DNA of 64,000 bases from a virus (IMGVR_UViG_3300020151_001495:52131-116130); one strand, 5' to 3'. Positions 33,682 through 44,597 are shown, counted from the first letter of the stretch. Program-made: numbers and translations. The notes: generated by a model not told the origin, from the sequence alone.

Positions 33682-34143
33682 CTATTTAGTATTTATTGTA
33701 CATATTACTGAACTTGCTCTGATTAAATTAGTGTATACAACTAGAGTATTGTATATGTTATTAGTATTAGCATATAAAAATTTTACTCCATCATCCCTTT
33801 CTTTAACAAAATTTTTAACTTTTTGTTGTCGATATCGAATATAGAATTCAATAAATGCTGTAGTAATTTGTTTTGGATTTGCTAAATTTTGTTTGGATTT
33901 AGGATATTTAAACATGAACTCTTTAAATATCCTAAACATATAAAAATTTTTATTTAAATGGATTAGTTCAATAAACTCTGAGCACAATGGAAGAAACCTT
34001 CTAATAGCACTCAAATAATTTTCATACTTTTGAGTTTCACTGTCAGGAACAAGCATCGAGAGAGTTTCCAAAAAATGAATGCAATTATTTACTCCTTGTA
34101 CTCCTTCTTGAAAAGGATGTTCTCTGACGACAGTGAGATTCAT
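33682..34143 (-). CDS. Hypothetical protein
   Basis: 153-aa ORF coupled to mazG. Confidence 0.65.
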   Translation of the reverse strand: MNLTVVREHPFQEGVQGVNNCIHFLETLSMLVPDSETQKYENYLSAIRRFLPLCSEFIELIHLNKNFYMFRIFKEFMFKYPKSKQNLANPKQITTAFIEFYIRYRQQKVKNFVKERDDGVKFLYANTNNIYNTLVVYTNLIRASSVICTINTK

Positions 34144-34583
34144 CAGATGTCTCCTTGTTGACGGTTCTCTGAACGGAATACTCGGAATGCTCCTTCTGGA
34201 TAACGTGCAGTTAGTTTTTCAACATTCATTTCCAGAACTTCTTCCAGATTTGTTCCTAGTGCAATACAACCCTGAGCAATATACCACATCACATCTCCCA
34301 TTTCTTTAATCATGTGAGTACGTGATTGATCATTATAAGGTTTGCCTTGGAAAGCAATCTTCTTTACAATCTCTGCAAACTCACCACCTTCCGCAGTAAG
34401 ACCAATAGCAGCAGTTAGAAGTCGGTTCAAGTCAACACCAACACCGTTTACGTTGTCTTCAGGCAACTTACGTTCAAGTTCATTTACTTTATTTACAAAC
34501 TCTTCTGGGTTGCTTGAGTAAATGCTGGTAGTATCGCCAACGAATTGTTGGTATGCATCGAGACTAATTAACTTTTTTGTCAT
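34143..34583 (-). CDS. mazG: MazG nucleoside triphosphate pyrophosphohydrolase
   Basis: GLTAEGGEFAEIVKK...KEMGDVMWY...NVEKLTARYP. Confidence 0.93.
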   Translation of the reverse strand: MTKKLISLDAYQQFVGDTTSIYSSNPEEFVNKVNELERKLPEDNVNGVGVDLNRLLTAAIGLTAEGGEFAEIVKKIAFQGKPYNDQSRTHMIKEMGDVMWYIAQGCIALGTNLEEVLEMNVEKLTARYPEGAFRVFRSENRQQGDI

Positions 34584-35965
34584 ACTTTAAAACCTTCAAA
34601 TGTTCTTTGTTTACTAGTAAATTTGTCTTCGTACTCAGAGTCATCAAACGATTGACCAGAATCTGTGATTCCTTTCTGAGCAGTCACATCAACATTATAC
34701 AACTTCATCTTCGCCCTGTCAACCCCCACGATAAATCTTTTGAATACCGTTGGATCATTGTAACGATTCTTAAGTTGTTTTACCATGATATGTCCAAGTT
34801 GTTCTAACTCTTCCGTACTAATTAGAGCAAACATAAAATCTGCAGTAGCAGGAAGACCAAAAGATTCAGAAGTATCGGTAAGTTCAACATCAGAATTACC
34901 GTATCCTGATCGAGTGGTTTGAGTAGCTGTAACAATAGGAACATTACATTCTACTGCAAGACCACGTAACTCTTCTGCAATAGCTTTTACATAGGTGTAT
35001 GAATTAACTATACTTCCTTTGTATCTGGATGATGCACAGATGTTTAGGTAATCAATAAAAATAATGTCTGGTCTAAAACCTTTCTTCAATGCTAGGTCAT
35101 TCAGAAGACTTTTAAAATGCCCTACGTGTGCAGATGCAGTAGGATATTCCTTGATGATTAACTTTCCTCTCGTCTTCTCATGTAATTTCATGAGTTTAGA
35201 TTCATATAAAGTCTTAGGAATATCAATAATCTCTTGTATATTTACATTCAAGAGGTTCGCATCAATTCGTTCAGCAATCCTTTCCTCTGCCATTTCAAGT
35301 GTAATGTAGAGAACATTGCGCCCCTGCAGGAGGATGGAGCTAGCCATGTGGCACATGAATAAACTTTTGCCGACACCCGTACCAGCAAGAGCGACATTGA
35401 GAGTCTTGCTAGGGAGACCACCTTTTGTAATTTTGTTAAAAAATTCAAGGTCGAATGGAATTTTGTCTTCTTTTTTGTGGTAAAAATCATATCGAGATTC
35501 TGAGTCTGAAATATAGTCATGACCAATATGGTCATCAAATGATACTGATAATGCATCGGAAAGAATAGAAGGAATTGAATCCTTACTTCTGGTTTTATCC
35601 TTTCCGTCTGCAATTTTAACTGAGTCTAATAGAGCCAAATAAATGGCTCTATCTTTACACCATTTTTCTGTGGTATCCAGTAACCATTGTCCATCAACTT
35701 TATCTTCATTTAACTCATTAATGAGATTAATTGAAGACTGATACATGTCGTCCGAGATGTCCTTTCTATTTTCAACTTCGATATTCAAAATTGATTTAGT
35801 AGGAACATCATCGTACTTCATGATGAACTTATGAATTTCCTGAAAGATTACTTTTTCATATAGTAATTCAAAGTAATTTTCTTTAATAAACGGAACTACC
35901 TTTCTGGCATATTTTTCATCATAAATTAAATTCGAAAGAATTTTTGTTTCAATTCTATCCATCAA
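34580..35965 (-). CDS. gp41: Replicative helicase gp41
   Basis: [42 protein letters not shown]. Confidence 0.97.
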   Translation of the reverse strand: MMDRIETKILSNLIYDEKYARKVVPFIKENYFELLYEKVIFQEIHKFIMKYDDVPTKSILNIEVENRKDISDDMYQSSINLINELNEDKVDGQWLLDTTEKWCKDRAIYLALLDSVKIADGKDKTRSKDSIPSILSDALSVSFDDHIGHDYISDSESRYDFYHKKEDKIPFDLEFFNKITKGGLPSKTLNVALAGTGVGKSLFMCHMASSILLQGRNVLYITLEMAEERIAERIDANLLNVNIQEIIDIPKTLYESKLMKLHEKTRGKLIIKEYPTASAHVGHFKSLLNDLALKKGFRPDIIFIDYLNICASSRYKGSIVNSYTYVKAIAEELRGLAVECNVPIVTATQTTRSGYGNSDVELTDTSESFGLPATADFMFALISTEELEQLGHIMVKQLKNRYNDPTVFKRFIVGVDRAKMKLYNVDVTAQKGITDSGQSFDDSEYEDKFTSKQRTFEGFKV

Positions 35966-37002
35966 GATTCGTCTCCATCAAATGTTTCCACCGTTCCATA
36001 ACTATACTCCTTTTTAGCACATTCGTCAAGTGCTTCCATCACTTCGGCAGTAAAGAATTTTTCAGGATCCGAAAGGATAGCCTTAGCATAATACTTGCCA
36101 TCATTAATTTCATAACGACCACCAGATTTAGTGAAAATTCCGTACTTCTCACCCAGCTCCAGTAGTCCATAGTACTTGTCAAGCCCACGCTCATCATAGA
36201 ATAACCTCGTTTCAATTAGTGAATTTTCTTTAGTAAACCTAGACTTAAATGCTTTGCACTTGATGATGTTACCTACTACTTCAGTTCCATCTTTCTCTTT
36301 TGATTTAGAAAGATAGATGATAGTTGAAGCTGCATACTTAAGACCAGATCCACCACCCATTTCTTTGGTTGGCATATAGGATCCAATTACATCATAGGTG
36401 TGGTTGGTCACGATCATCGGAATGCCCGCTGTACCAAGCTTCAGGGACAGGATACGGAACACAGACTTAATGACCTGTGAACGGGTCATGTCACGGGTTT
36501 CCTTGCCATCCGTGGCATCCTGGATCTCTTTGGTGGTCGCAAGCATTCCCAGAGAGTCTAGCACAAACATGAGGGGTGGGCGCTCATCCTTCTTAAGTTT
36601 CATGTATTCATCAACTACTTTGATTGATTGAGTACGAAATTCTTGAACAGTAGAGACTGGAACTAGACCAACTCGTTTTGCATCAATACCACGACTGGTC
36701 ATCATTTCTTTTGTAATTGCAGACTCAGTTTCAAAGTAAATTACTTGTCCAGTAGGATTTTGTTGAAGGAAGTATTTAACGATTGACAAAGCGAAGAAAG
36801 TTTTTCCAGTAGATGACTCACCAGCGAGAGCTGTAATCTTGTTGTTAGGTAGCCCCCCAAAAATACTCCCACTAAGGAGAGCATTAAAGATATAGCTCCC
36901 AGTGTCAACAAAGCCCCCACAATCTCCTGCGGTGACTCCATCTTCGACGATTCCTGCATATTCGTTATCTAATTGTTTGATTACACTATTTAAGAAATTC
37001 AT
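35962..37002 (-). CDS. uvsX: RecA-like recombinase
   Basis: [24 protein letters not shown]. Confidence 0.96.
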   Translation of the reverse strand: MNFLNSVIKQLDNEYAGIVEDGVTAGDCGGFVDTGSYIFNALLSGSIFGGLPNNKITALAGESSTGKTFFALSIVKYFLQQNPTGQVIYFETESAITKEMMTSRGIDAKRVGLVPVSTVQEFRTQSIKVVDEYMKLKKDERPPLMFVLDSLGMLATTKEIQDATDGKETRDMTRSQVIKSVFRILSLKLGTAGIPMIVTNHTYDVIGSYMPTKEMGGGSGLKYAASTIIYLSKSKEKDGTEVVGNIIKCKAFKSRFTKENSLIETRLFYDERGLDKYYGLLELGEKYGIFTKSGGRYEINDGKYYAKAILSDPEKFFTAEVMEALDECAKKEYSYGTVETFDGDES

Positions 37003-37022
37003 AAGTTACTCCGTTATAATGG

Positions 37023-39512
37023 TTAAATAAATCCTTCAAGGGTTCCTCTTTTTTCAGATACCCATCCAATCGAATTCAAAACATTTTCAAGTGGTTTCAG
37101 AAAGCTTGTTTGAAATTGCATATTGTAATCAATATACTTGTGCAATCCAAATTCCTCAGGAAGAGTCTGAAAATATGAAATGACATTTTCTCCGATAGGA
37201 TTAGGTTCTTTGAGGTAAATAAATTTAATCTTTTCTCCTTCTTGAATATAAGGATACTTGTTAGTTAGCTTCAACTGCTTTACTAAATGATTGTATAGAA
37301 TTGCTCCTCTTACTTGAATCGGAGTTCTCTCTGCATATAGTTTAACAGGGTTTTTATATTTGTCAAGGTTGTTTAGACCTCGTGGGAATGAAATATTTAC
37401 AATATCTTGTTGCTTTGTTTCTTCCTTAATATCTTTGATAAATTTAATCACATCGTCATTATCACTCATGAGAATAATTTTAAATGCTTTCTTTAATTTA
37501 TCTCGGTAGTAAGAAGGAGTAGAAGATCGTGCAGTTTCCAATCCCATGATTTTCATTTTTGGTTCAGTATATCGAACCCCTTCACTGTCCCATACATTCA
37601 AGATATATCTTTTCTTTGCAGTCCAGATTCCTTTGTCTGCGATATTCTCTCGTTTCATTTGCATTTTTTGATCAAATGCATTCACGTATTTCGCCAATTC
37701 TTGGTAAGAACTTTCAATATACTTTTCAAATTCCATAGTACAGATCTTATCAAGGAACGAAACAACGCTCTCAGTAGTTTTCTCTCTTCCCTTGAATATA
37801 GCACGAACAAAAGGACCCATATTAAGATAGATGGAATCAGTATCAATTGCAATAACATAATCATCATTAGTTTTGAGTATTTTGTTCATGTATCCATTTA
37901 GATTCTTTTCAATCCAGCGAATCGAAAGCTGTCCTGAAAGAGTAATTGCTTCTGCGTTTGCAATATGAAAGTATCGAAAATGTTCATTGCCAATAGCACC
38001 ATATGCAGAGTTGAGTTGAATCTTTCGTGCCATCTGAATGTTATTACAGCGAGCAATCTCCTTCTTTAATTCATTCGTTGGAGTTTGTTCGTATTGCTGT
38101 TTAGCAGCAATCATTTTCTTCTTATAGATTGTACGATCATCATAAGTTTTCTGCATTAATTTTGGCAGAAAACCTTGCTCATTAATATCGTACATTGCAC
38201 CATTTGCACAGACAGTAGCACATTCTAATTTAGAAGTGTCTACTTCCATATTCAATAATTTATCAACAGATATTCCAGACATTCTCTCTTCTAGAAGAGT
38301 TTCTGGAGATATGTTGTATTGCATTATCAAGTGTGGATATAGTGAATTCAAGTCAAATGATACAACCCAATCATGCTTTCCTAGGATAGGATCTTTTACA
38401 TATGCACCTTCATATGCATAATCTTTCTTATTTGATTTTTTAGGAGGAACTACAATGTTCTTCTTCTTCAAATAATTGAAAATAATATTATCCCAGGTTT
38501 TTACCTGAGAATATACATCCTCATAGTTCTGCTTGGCGTCATATGCCATAGTAAGACAAAGTTCAATCAACTTCATTTTATCATCAAGACGCTCAACTAG
38601 TTCAACGTCTCGAATGTTATAGTCAACAAACTTTTCCCAGTTTTCAGTATAAAATTGTTTGAAGTTTTCAAACTCACTATGGTCAATTTTATTTTCACCA
38701 AGTTCTACTGATGCAATATGATCTAGTCGATATGATTCTTGGTTTGTGTAAGTAAACTTTTGATATAGATCATAATAGTCCAAACATGATATTCCAATCA
38801 AGTTATAGACAATTTGTTTTCTACCACGAACTACAATCTCTCTACTATAGAAAAGATTCCATGGAGACATAGACTTTGCATATTTATCTGACAATACTCG
38901 ATCTAAACGTTTCATGATGTATGGAATATCGTATAGATAAACATTCCATCCTGTAATTACATCTGGAGTATTATCAACCCACCAAGAAACAAAACTTCGA
39001 AGCATTTCTTGTTCAGTCCAGAACACATTATATGTTACATCGGATCTGGTAGGTTGATACTCTCTAGTTCCCCATACACAAATTTTCTTTGTATTTAAAT
39101 CCTTTACTGTAATACATAGCATTTCTTCAGATGCAGTATCAACATTAGGGAATCCATTTTCACAAGCAACCTCAATATCTAGAGAAAATATCTTTAGTTG
39201 GGATATATCAAACTTGATTTCAGATTCTGAAAATTCATCTGCAATGTATTGAGATAAGAATCTTTCGTATCCAAATATTTCAAAGTTGTCTACTCCTTCG
39301 TATTTTTTGATAAACTCTCTAGCTTCTTTTACTTTGTCAAATTTAATTGGGGAAACATAATTGCCATCCAACGTTTTGTACTTAGTAGGTTTTGGAGATG
39401 GGACAAATAAAGTAGGAGAGAATTTATCCTTGTAAATTTCTGCAACTCCATTATCGTATCCTCGATAATAGATTGAATCTCCTACCAATTGAATATTTGT
39501 GTAAAACCTCAT
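37023..39512 (-). CDS. gp43: Family B DNA polymerase gp43
   Basis: DIEV, DLNSLYP, KIQLNSAYG, DTDS, KKRY. Confidence 0.98.
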   Translation of the reverse strand: MRFYTNIQLVGDSIYYRGYDNGVAEIYKDKFSPTLFVPSPKPTKYKTLDGNYVSPIKFDKVKEAREFIKKYEGVDNFEIFGYERFLSQYIADEFSESEIKFDISQLKIFSLDIEVACENGFPNVDTASEEMLCITVKDLNTKKICVWGTREYQPTRSDVTYNVFWTEQEMLRSFVSWWVDNTPDVITGWNVYLYDIPYIMKRLDRVLSDKYAKSMSPWNLFYSREIVVRGRKQIVYNLIGISCLDYYDLYQKFTYTNQESYRLDHIASVELGENKIDHSEFENFKQFYTENWEKFVDYNIRDVELVERLDDKMKLIELCLTMAYDAKQNYEDVYSQVKTWDNIIFNYLKKKNIVVPPKKSNKKDYAYEGAYVKDPILGKHDWVVSFDLNSLYPHLIMQYNISPETLLEERMSGISVDKLLNMEVDTSKLECATVCANGAMYDINEQGFLPKLMQKTYDDRTIYKKKMIAAKQQYEQTPTNELKKEIARCNNIQMARKIQLNSAYGAIGNEHFRYFHIANAEAITLSGQLSIRWIEKNLNGYMNKILKTNDDYVIAIDTDSIYLNMGPFVRAIFKGREKTTESVVSFLDKICTMEFEKYIESSYQELAKYVNAFDQKMQMKRENIADKGIWTAKKRYILNVWDSEGVRYTEPKMKIMGLETARSSTPSYYRDKLKKAFKIILMSDNDDVIKFIKDIKEETKQQDIVNISFPRGLNNLDKYKNPVKLYAERTPIQVRGAILYNHLVKQLKLTNKYPYIQEGEKIKFIYLKEPNPIGENVISYFQTLPEEFGLHKYIDYNMQFQTSFLKPLENVLNSIGWVSEKRGTLEGFI

Positions 39513-39874
39513 TTAGCAATAAGTTGAGTGTAAAGGTTAAGAATTTCTGGAGCTGGTTCTATGATAGTCATAATTTTATCCGAATTCAGAAGAATATCTA
39601 CATCTTCGGTAAACATAGGATATTTAACTAACTGAGCATAATCAGTTTGAATAGTTGTAATCTCTTCACCATCTTTAATATTTTTTTCTTCAGTAGTTCG
39701 TAGAAATGCTGCGTTATCTGGAGGAAAATGTTTATCCTGTTCGTTATAATCCCAGTAAGTTAGCTCCAAAACTCGATATGGATTTTTCATGTACAGAGAA
39801 GGCTCTTCATCTAGCTCTTCATATTCACAGACAATATAATCATTGTTGATGAGTTGAATCAATTTAATATTCAT
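39509..39874 (-). CDS. Hypothetical protein
   Basis: Start moved to MNIKLIQ below the promoter. Confidence 0.7.
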   Translation of the reverse strand: MNIKLIQLINNDYIVCEYEELDEEPSLYMKNPYRVLELTYWDYNEQDKHFPPDNAAFLRTTEEKNIKDGEEITTIQTDYAQLVKYPMFTEDVDILLNSDKIMTIIEPAPEILNLYTQLIAK

Positions 39875-39902
39875 GATTGGTTTCAGTAGAACATCTCTAT
39901 GT

Positions 39903-39931
39903 AGTATACCACGCTTCCGTCCCCGTGTCAA
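39903..39931 (-). promoter_or_regulatory. Sigma70 promoter for the gp43 operon
   Basis: TTGACA-17 nt-TATACT. Confidence 0.85.
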
Positions 39932-39932
39932 G

Positions 39933-39973
39933 AAAAAAGACCCACCCCTGATAGTTGCCAGGGAGGGTCTTTT
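39933..39973 (-). terminator. hsp20 terminator
   Basis: AAAAGACCCTCCCTG...CAGGGGTGGGTCTTTTTT. Confidence 0.8.
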
Positions 39974-40005
39974 GCCAACGATATTTGGGGATTTCCCTTG
40001 ATTAT

Positions 40006-40476
40006 TTAGGCATCTTCTGTTAAAAGGGTTGGTTCACTTTTAACTCCTGAAATGCTCCAGGTTGTTTTCTTTTGATGTTCTGGAATAATTCTTTCGATGT
40101 CTACTGTTAATAATCCATGCTCAAAATTCACAGAGGATACTCTATGTTCATCAGAGAGTTGAATTTTACGGGTGAAGGAACGTTTTGACAGACCTTTGTG
40201 TACATACTGTCTTGAAGTATCTCGTTCCTCAACTTTGCTGGCAATTGTGAGAATGTTTTGTTCTGTAAAGACTTCAATCTCTTCTGGTGTAAATCCTGCA
40301 AGAGCGACTTCAACTGTGTAGTTACTATTGTCATGTTTGACGATATTGTAGGGCGGATAGTTGACGTTAACTGAATGATGCATTGCATCTAGACGGTTAA
40401 ACATTTCATCCAGACCTACAGCGAGTGGAGCGTAGTCGTTCCAAAATGAGTCTAGTGATTGAGTAGTGAATTTCAT
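40006..40476 (-). CDS. hsp20: Small heat-shock protein
   Basis: NYPPYNI, VALAGF, HKGLSKRSF, GLLTV, IIPE. Confidence 0.95.
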   Translation of the reverse strand: MKFTTQSLDSFWNDYAPLAVGLDEMFNRLDAMHHSVNVNYPPYNIVKHDNSNYTVEVALAGFTPEEIEVFTEQNILTIASKVEERDTSRQYVHKGLSKRSFTRKIQLSDEHRVSSVNFEHGLLTVDIERIIPEHQKKTTWSISGVKSEPTLLTEDA

Positions 40477-40482
40477 TTTTAA

Positions 40483-40530
40483 TCTCCTTGTTAAGCGAGA
40501 GTTGTTTATAGAGACCCGTTTGGCATCTCT
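40483..40530 (-). promoter_or_regulatory. ROSE-like RNA thermometer candidate
   Basis: TCTCGCTT-AAC-AAGGAGA hairpin sequesters the SD; second hairpin AGAGAT/GTCTCT upstream. Confidence 0.55.
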
Positions 40531-40632
40531 TCACAATTATATATATAAGTATTCCTAAATATACAGTTCGGATTTCCGAAAATAAATATAGTATAACCAG
40601 TACACATATTATGCTTTTAATGGCGATGAAAT

Positions 40633-40666
40633 AAAAAAAAGAAGGGGGGCTACTGCCCCCCTTTCT
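40633..40666. terminator. regA terminator, possibly bidirectional
   Basis: A-tract-GAAGGGGGGC-TACT-GCCCCCCTTTC. Confidence 0.8.
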
Positions 40667-41091
40667 CATTCTGGTTGTTTCTTTTTACCAATGTTATATT
40701 TACTCTCTAAAGTCCACTCATGCTTATCCTTAAATGAAAGAACTTTGATTTGACTTAAAGGTGCTGCATCAGATACTTGATCTGCATTAACAATTTTAAC
40801 CAATCCCCAATCTTGTAGTAACTGAGCTACTCGGTTCTTCCTTTGAATATCATTCGCAAATAGATTTGCTCGTTTGCCATCTAGAGCAAACAATTCTTTA
40901 AAGTGTACAATATAATATCTACCTTGCTTATGAAGAATATGGCAAGATTGATATAATTTTTTTTCTTTACGTGAAGCAACTCCAATTCTAGTCAGAGTCT
41001 CACGAACTTTCAAAAAATCATCTGGTTCATTTAAAATCACTTCAACCATCTGGTCAGGTGACCAAGATACTTCGATGTCACTAGTACTCAT
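40666..41091 (-). CDS. regA: Translational repressor RegA
   Basis: DDFLKVRETLTRIGVAS...LYQSCHILHKQGRYYIVHFKELF. Confidence 0.97.
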   Translation of the reverse strand: MSTSDIEVSWSPDQMVEVILNEPDDFLKVRETLTRIGVASRKEKKLYQSCHILHKQGRYYIVHFKELFALDGKRANLFANDIQRKNRVAQLLQDWGLVKIVNADQVSDAAPLSQIKVLSFKDKHEWTLESKYNIGKKKQPE

Positions 41092-41471
41092 CGTTTTCCT
41101 CCACGATTCATTTTAGATTTAATAAATTCAATTTGGTCTCCGTTAAGTATTTTTAATGCAGATTTTGCTTTGTCGGTATTGTAACCATAATATTGTTTAA
41201 TTAGGTCAACAATATCGTCATCCTGCTTTTTTAACCAAGGAGAGAACCTTTTTTTCGGCCTGATAATATTTATATAAAAATCATATTGTAACTTCTTATC
41301 TATTTGCCAATGATAATTCATTTCATTAGCAAATAAAACAATATCAGAGAATCCAGAGAAATACCTATTAATAACATATGAATTATATTTCTTTTCGTAT
41401 CCAGGATCAGAATCCATCAGATTGATCTTAGATTGATTGATGGAATTTAGATAATCTTTTAAATCATACAT
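41088..41471 (-). CDS. gp62: Clamp loader small subunit gp62
   Basis: YLNSIN, ANEMN, QYDF, KRFSPW, YYGY. Confidence 0.93.
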   Translation of the reverse strand: MYDLKDYLNSINQSKINLMDSDPGYEKKYNSYVINRYFSGFSDIVLFANEMNYHWQIDKKLQYDFYINIIRPKKRFSPWLKKQDDDIVDLIKQYYGYNTDKAKSALKILNGDQIEFIKSKMNRGGKR

Positions 41472-41472
41472 A

Positions 41473-42420
41473 TTATTTAAACTGACAGTCGTGCATAATT
41501 TCAGTGAAACAAGCAAGCAAGTTGATTTCTTGATCTGCAACAAAAGGAACTTTTGATTGGTAGTTAGCAAGAATAATAACTGCCTGTGGAATATATTGAG
41601 GTTTCATTGTTTGATACATCTTGTCGTATACCAACCTAATCAATCTATTCACATCATTGTCTAGATTTTCAACAACCCATTTCCTCACATTACTAAAGTC
41701 TTTATCTCGCATGAAAGTGATTAGATTCTTTACATTAGAATCAGAAAAGGTTGCAAGAATTCCACTGTCAATTGTTCCACCAGAAGAATAACGTTGCAGT
41801 TCGTTTAAGACTCTCCTCCAATCTGGGAAAAAATTATTGATTACTTCTGCAACAACTTTTTCATCATACTCGACATTCTCTTTCTCAAGTATAAACCTGA
41901 CACGGTTGAAGAACTCTGATGCGATTCTAGCCTTTTCCTTTCCTGTGATGTTGAAATCGAAGACCGCACATCGTGATTGAAGGGGTTCAATGATCTTGTT
42001 CTTGTAGTTACAGGTGAAGATGAATCTGCAGTTGCGATGAAACGTCTCAATGTTTGCCCGTAATAGGAGTTGTACGTCGTTGGTTGTGTTATCAGCTTCG
42101 TCAATAATGATGACTTTTGGTTTATTAGTTGTTTCCAGTGATACGGTCGATGCAAAGTTTTTGGCTTTGTTCCGAACTGTGTCGAGAAATCTACCTTCAT
42201 CGGATCCATTGATGACATAAGAATCTACTCCTAATTCATTACACAATGCTTTAGCTACTGTTGTTTTCCCTATTCCTGGAGGACCAGAAAACAACATATT
42301 TGGAATTTCTCCCTTAGTTACAAAATCCTCAAAACAGGTTTTAATACTGGAAGGGAGAATACAATCATTTACTACTGTTGGTCGGTAAGACTCAACCCAC
42401 AAAAAATCATTACGAGACAT
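41473..42420 (-). CDS. gp44: Clamp loader large subunit gp44
   Basis: LWVESYRP, GPPGIGKT, IIDEAD, SRC. Confidence 0.96.
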   Translation of the reverse strand: MSRNDFLWVESYRPTVVNDCILPSSIKTCFEDFVTKGEIPNMLFSGPPGIGKTTVAKALCNELGVDSYVINGSDEGRFLDTVRNKAKNFASTVSLETTNKPKVIIIDEADNTTNDVQLLLRANIETFHRNCRFIFTCNYKNKIIEPLQSRCAVFDFNITGKEKARIASEFFNRVRFILEKENVEYDEKVVAEVINNFFPDWRRVLNELQRYSSGGTIDSGILATFSDSNVKNLITFMRDKDFSNVRKWVVENLDNDVNRLIRLVYDKMYQTMKPQYIPQAVIILANYQSKVPFVADQEINLLACFTEIMHDCQFK

Positions 42421-42424
42421 GGGA

Positions 42425-43090
42425 TCATTCCTCAATTTCAGAATCTGGTTCTAGTGCAATTAGATAAGTAAGCTTATACCGAGAACTAACAAAAGTAGAA
42501 ACGTTCGGAAATGAGATCTTTACATTATAACTATCTGGAACAATCTTTAGGTTTTCTACTTTGAAGTTAACATTAAACTTACGAGTAGTTTTTCCTACGG
42601 TAACTGAGAAATTATTAGATGTGGAGTTTTCTCTATCACACACTACTAAAGTAACTTCAGTACCATTACCGATTAGAGACATATCATCTAGCTGATATAC
42701 TTTGGCTGCCTTGAATAGTGAATTAAGAACTTCTTCCGATAACTCAAACTCAACATCAGTTGAAAGATCAGGAAGTTTTTTATTACTAGTTTGAATAAGC
42801 GATGGATCACAATAGTAATATTTTACCTTGGATCTACCACTTGTAATCAGTACATACTTTTCATTTGAAAAATCAAACTCTGGAGTTTTCAGAATGGTGA
42901 GTCCTCGAAGAAATTCAAGCAAATCATAAATGGCAAAGTCTGCATCGAAATGCTCTTGGCATTCATAGATTGCTTTAATATTTTTCTGAGGAGAAACCGT
43001 TTGAATTACATTTCCTTTCTTCACTACGATTGAAGAATTAATGTTCGCAAAATTTTCAAGAATGTTTTTGGTTTCATCGGAAATGTTCAT
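42425..43090 (-). CDS. gp45: Sliding clamp gp45
   Basis: NFANIN, FAIYDL, FKVENLK, YLIALE. Confidence 0.92.
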   Translation of the reverse strand: MNISDETKNILENFANINSSIVVKKGNVIQTVSPQKNIKAIYECQEHFDADFAIYDLLEFLRGLTILKTPEFDFSNEKYVLITSGRSKVKYYYCDPSLIQTSNKKLPDLSTDVEFELSEEVLNSLFKAAKVYQLDDMSLIGNGTEVTLVVCDRENSTSNNFSVTVGKTTRKFNVNFKVENLKIVPDSYNVKISFPNVSTFVSSRYKLTYLIALEPDSEIEE

Positions 43091-43401
43091 ACTGATTTAA
43101 ACTCCTGAAGACCGTTGTTAATACGTGAATAATGTTTATCAAAGTGAAGCAAAAGCATAGCATAGTGAATGACTTTCATCAAATCACGTTTGTTGTGACC
43201 ATCTTTGTCACCATAACGAGAGCCATACTTTAAAATGTTTGCTTGACAGAAATCTTGAGCTAACCCCTTAGCTGCCATAAGATCAATAGTCTGAACATCA
43301 CGATAGTCTTCGTCGTGACCGCAGTAATGACTTCCATAAGTACTTACTATATACTCCTCAATATCCTTGAGGATCCTATCTTCATTGTACTTCCATTGCA
43401 T
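43087..43401 (-). CDS. Conserved phage protein
   Basis: FCQANILKYGSRYGDK...DLMKVIHYA; GGAG upstream of 43401. Confidence 0.8.
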   Translation of the reverse strand: MQWKYNEDRILKDIEEYIVSTYGSHYCGHDEDYRDVQTIDLMAAKGLAQDFCQANILKYGSRYGDKDGHNKRDLMKVIHYAMLLLHFDKHYSRINNGLQEFKSV

Positions 43402-43418
43402 AATTAAAATCTCCAAAT

Positions 43419-43472
43419 AAAAAATGGGGAGAAAGACTCCCCTAGTATACATCAATCAAATAGAACTGTCAA
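43419..43472 (-). promoter_or_regulatory. Sigma70 promoter fused to the cobS terminator
   Basis: TTGACA-17 nt-TATACT then GGGGAG-TCTTT-CTCCCC-ATTTTT. Confidence 0.8.
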
Positions 43473-44568
43473 GTGCTTCTTCATTAGTTTCTACCACACC
43501 TTCCTCAGTAGTTTCTAGGGCAGAAGCATCAATATTCTTATAGAGATCTAGGAAAGAACTCTTGGTATCATCATCAAAACGATTAATACAAACATTGATA
43601 GCTTTCTTGCGGTTTTTGAAAATTGCAAATGATTGAATGATGTGAACAAGACGGCGAGTGGTAATAATTTCATCTACCCCACCATCATAGAAGGTCTTAC
43701 GAATGTTATCAGCCCAGACAATTAGCTTGTCTACAAACTCCTCATCAACAACCTCAAATGAATTCATCAGGTTCATAAGAATCTTTTTCTCAGTCGCCAT
43801 AGAAGGATAAGGTTGCTCAAACGTGATGGGGAAACGCTCAAGGAAAGCTTCGTTCATCACGTTAGTGCCGATGAAGCGACCATCATCAGAACCCTTGCCC
43901 TTGGTGTTGGCGGTAGCAATCACGTTGAACCCAGCAGAGGGAGTCACATACTGGTTAATCTTCTTGAGGAAAACACCTTTACCTTCTAGGACAGACTGCA
44001 AGCACATGATCTTGTTAGAGGCAAGGTCAATCTCATCAAGCAGAAGAACTGCACCACGCTTCAGGGCATTTACCACAGGACCATCATGCCATACGGTTTC
44101 TCCATCAACGAGTCGGAATCCACCCAGCAGATCATCCTCATCAGTCTCAATGGTGATGTTGACACGAATCAGTTCACGCTTCAAGTGGGCACAAGCTTGC
44201 TCTACACTTACAGTTTTGCCGTTGCCAGAAAGACCAGTGATGAAAACAGGATAGAACATACCAGACTTTACAATTCGCTTCACATCACTGAAGTTACCAA
44301 ACGAGACATAGTTTTTGTCTTTCTGGGGAATGAAGCTAACTGCAGGTGTAGCAGGAGTTGCAGACATAGAATTAAAGGTCTTTTCGAGTTGTTCAGTTAC
44401 AGTCAAATTCCAGACTCCACGACCAGATTTGTTGGGTTCAAGTGTCTTGCAGATAGATGCAAGAGAAGTATTTGAGTTTGCAGCATATTCAATCAGTTGT
44501 TGGCGAGTCACAGTTTCGCCATAAAGAGCAGTCAGGTTTTGAAGAAGCTGATCAATCATTTGAGTCAT
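43456..44568 (-). CDS. cobS: MoxR-type AAA+ ATPase, CobS-like
   Basis: GLSGNGKT, LLLDEID, ATANTKG, AFLERF, ITTRRL. Confidence 0.9.
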   Translation of the reverse strand: MTQMIDQLLQNLTALYGETVTRQQLIEYAANSNTSLASICKTLEPNKSGRGVWNLTVTEQLEKTFNSMSATPATPAVSFIPQKDKNYVSFGNFSDVKRIVKSGMFYPVFITGLSGNGKTVSVEQACAHLKRELIRVNITIETDEDDLLGGFRLVDGETVWHDGPVVNALKRGAVLLLDEIDLASNKIMCLQSVLEGKGVFLKKINQYVTPSAGFNVIATANTKGKGSDDGRFIGTNVMNEAFLERFPITFEQPYPSMATEKKILMNLMNSFEVVDEEFVDKLIVWADNIRKTFYDGGVDEIITTRRLVHIIQSFAIFKNRKKAINVCINRFDDDTKSSFLDLYKNIDASALETTEEGVVETNEEALDSSI

Positions 44569-44597
44569 AATGAAATTACCTCGTTTGGTATGAAAGT

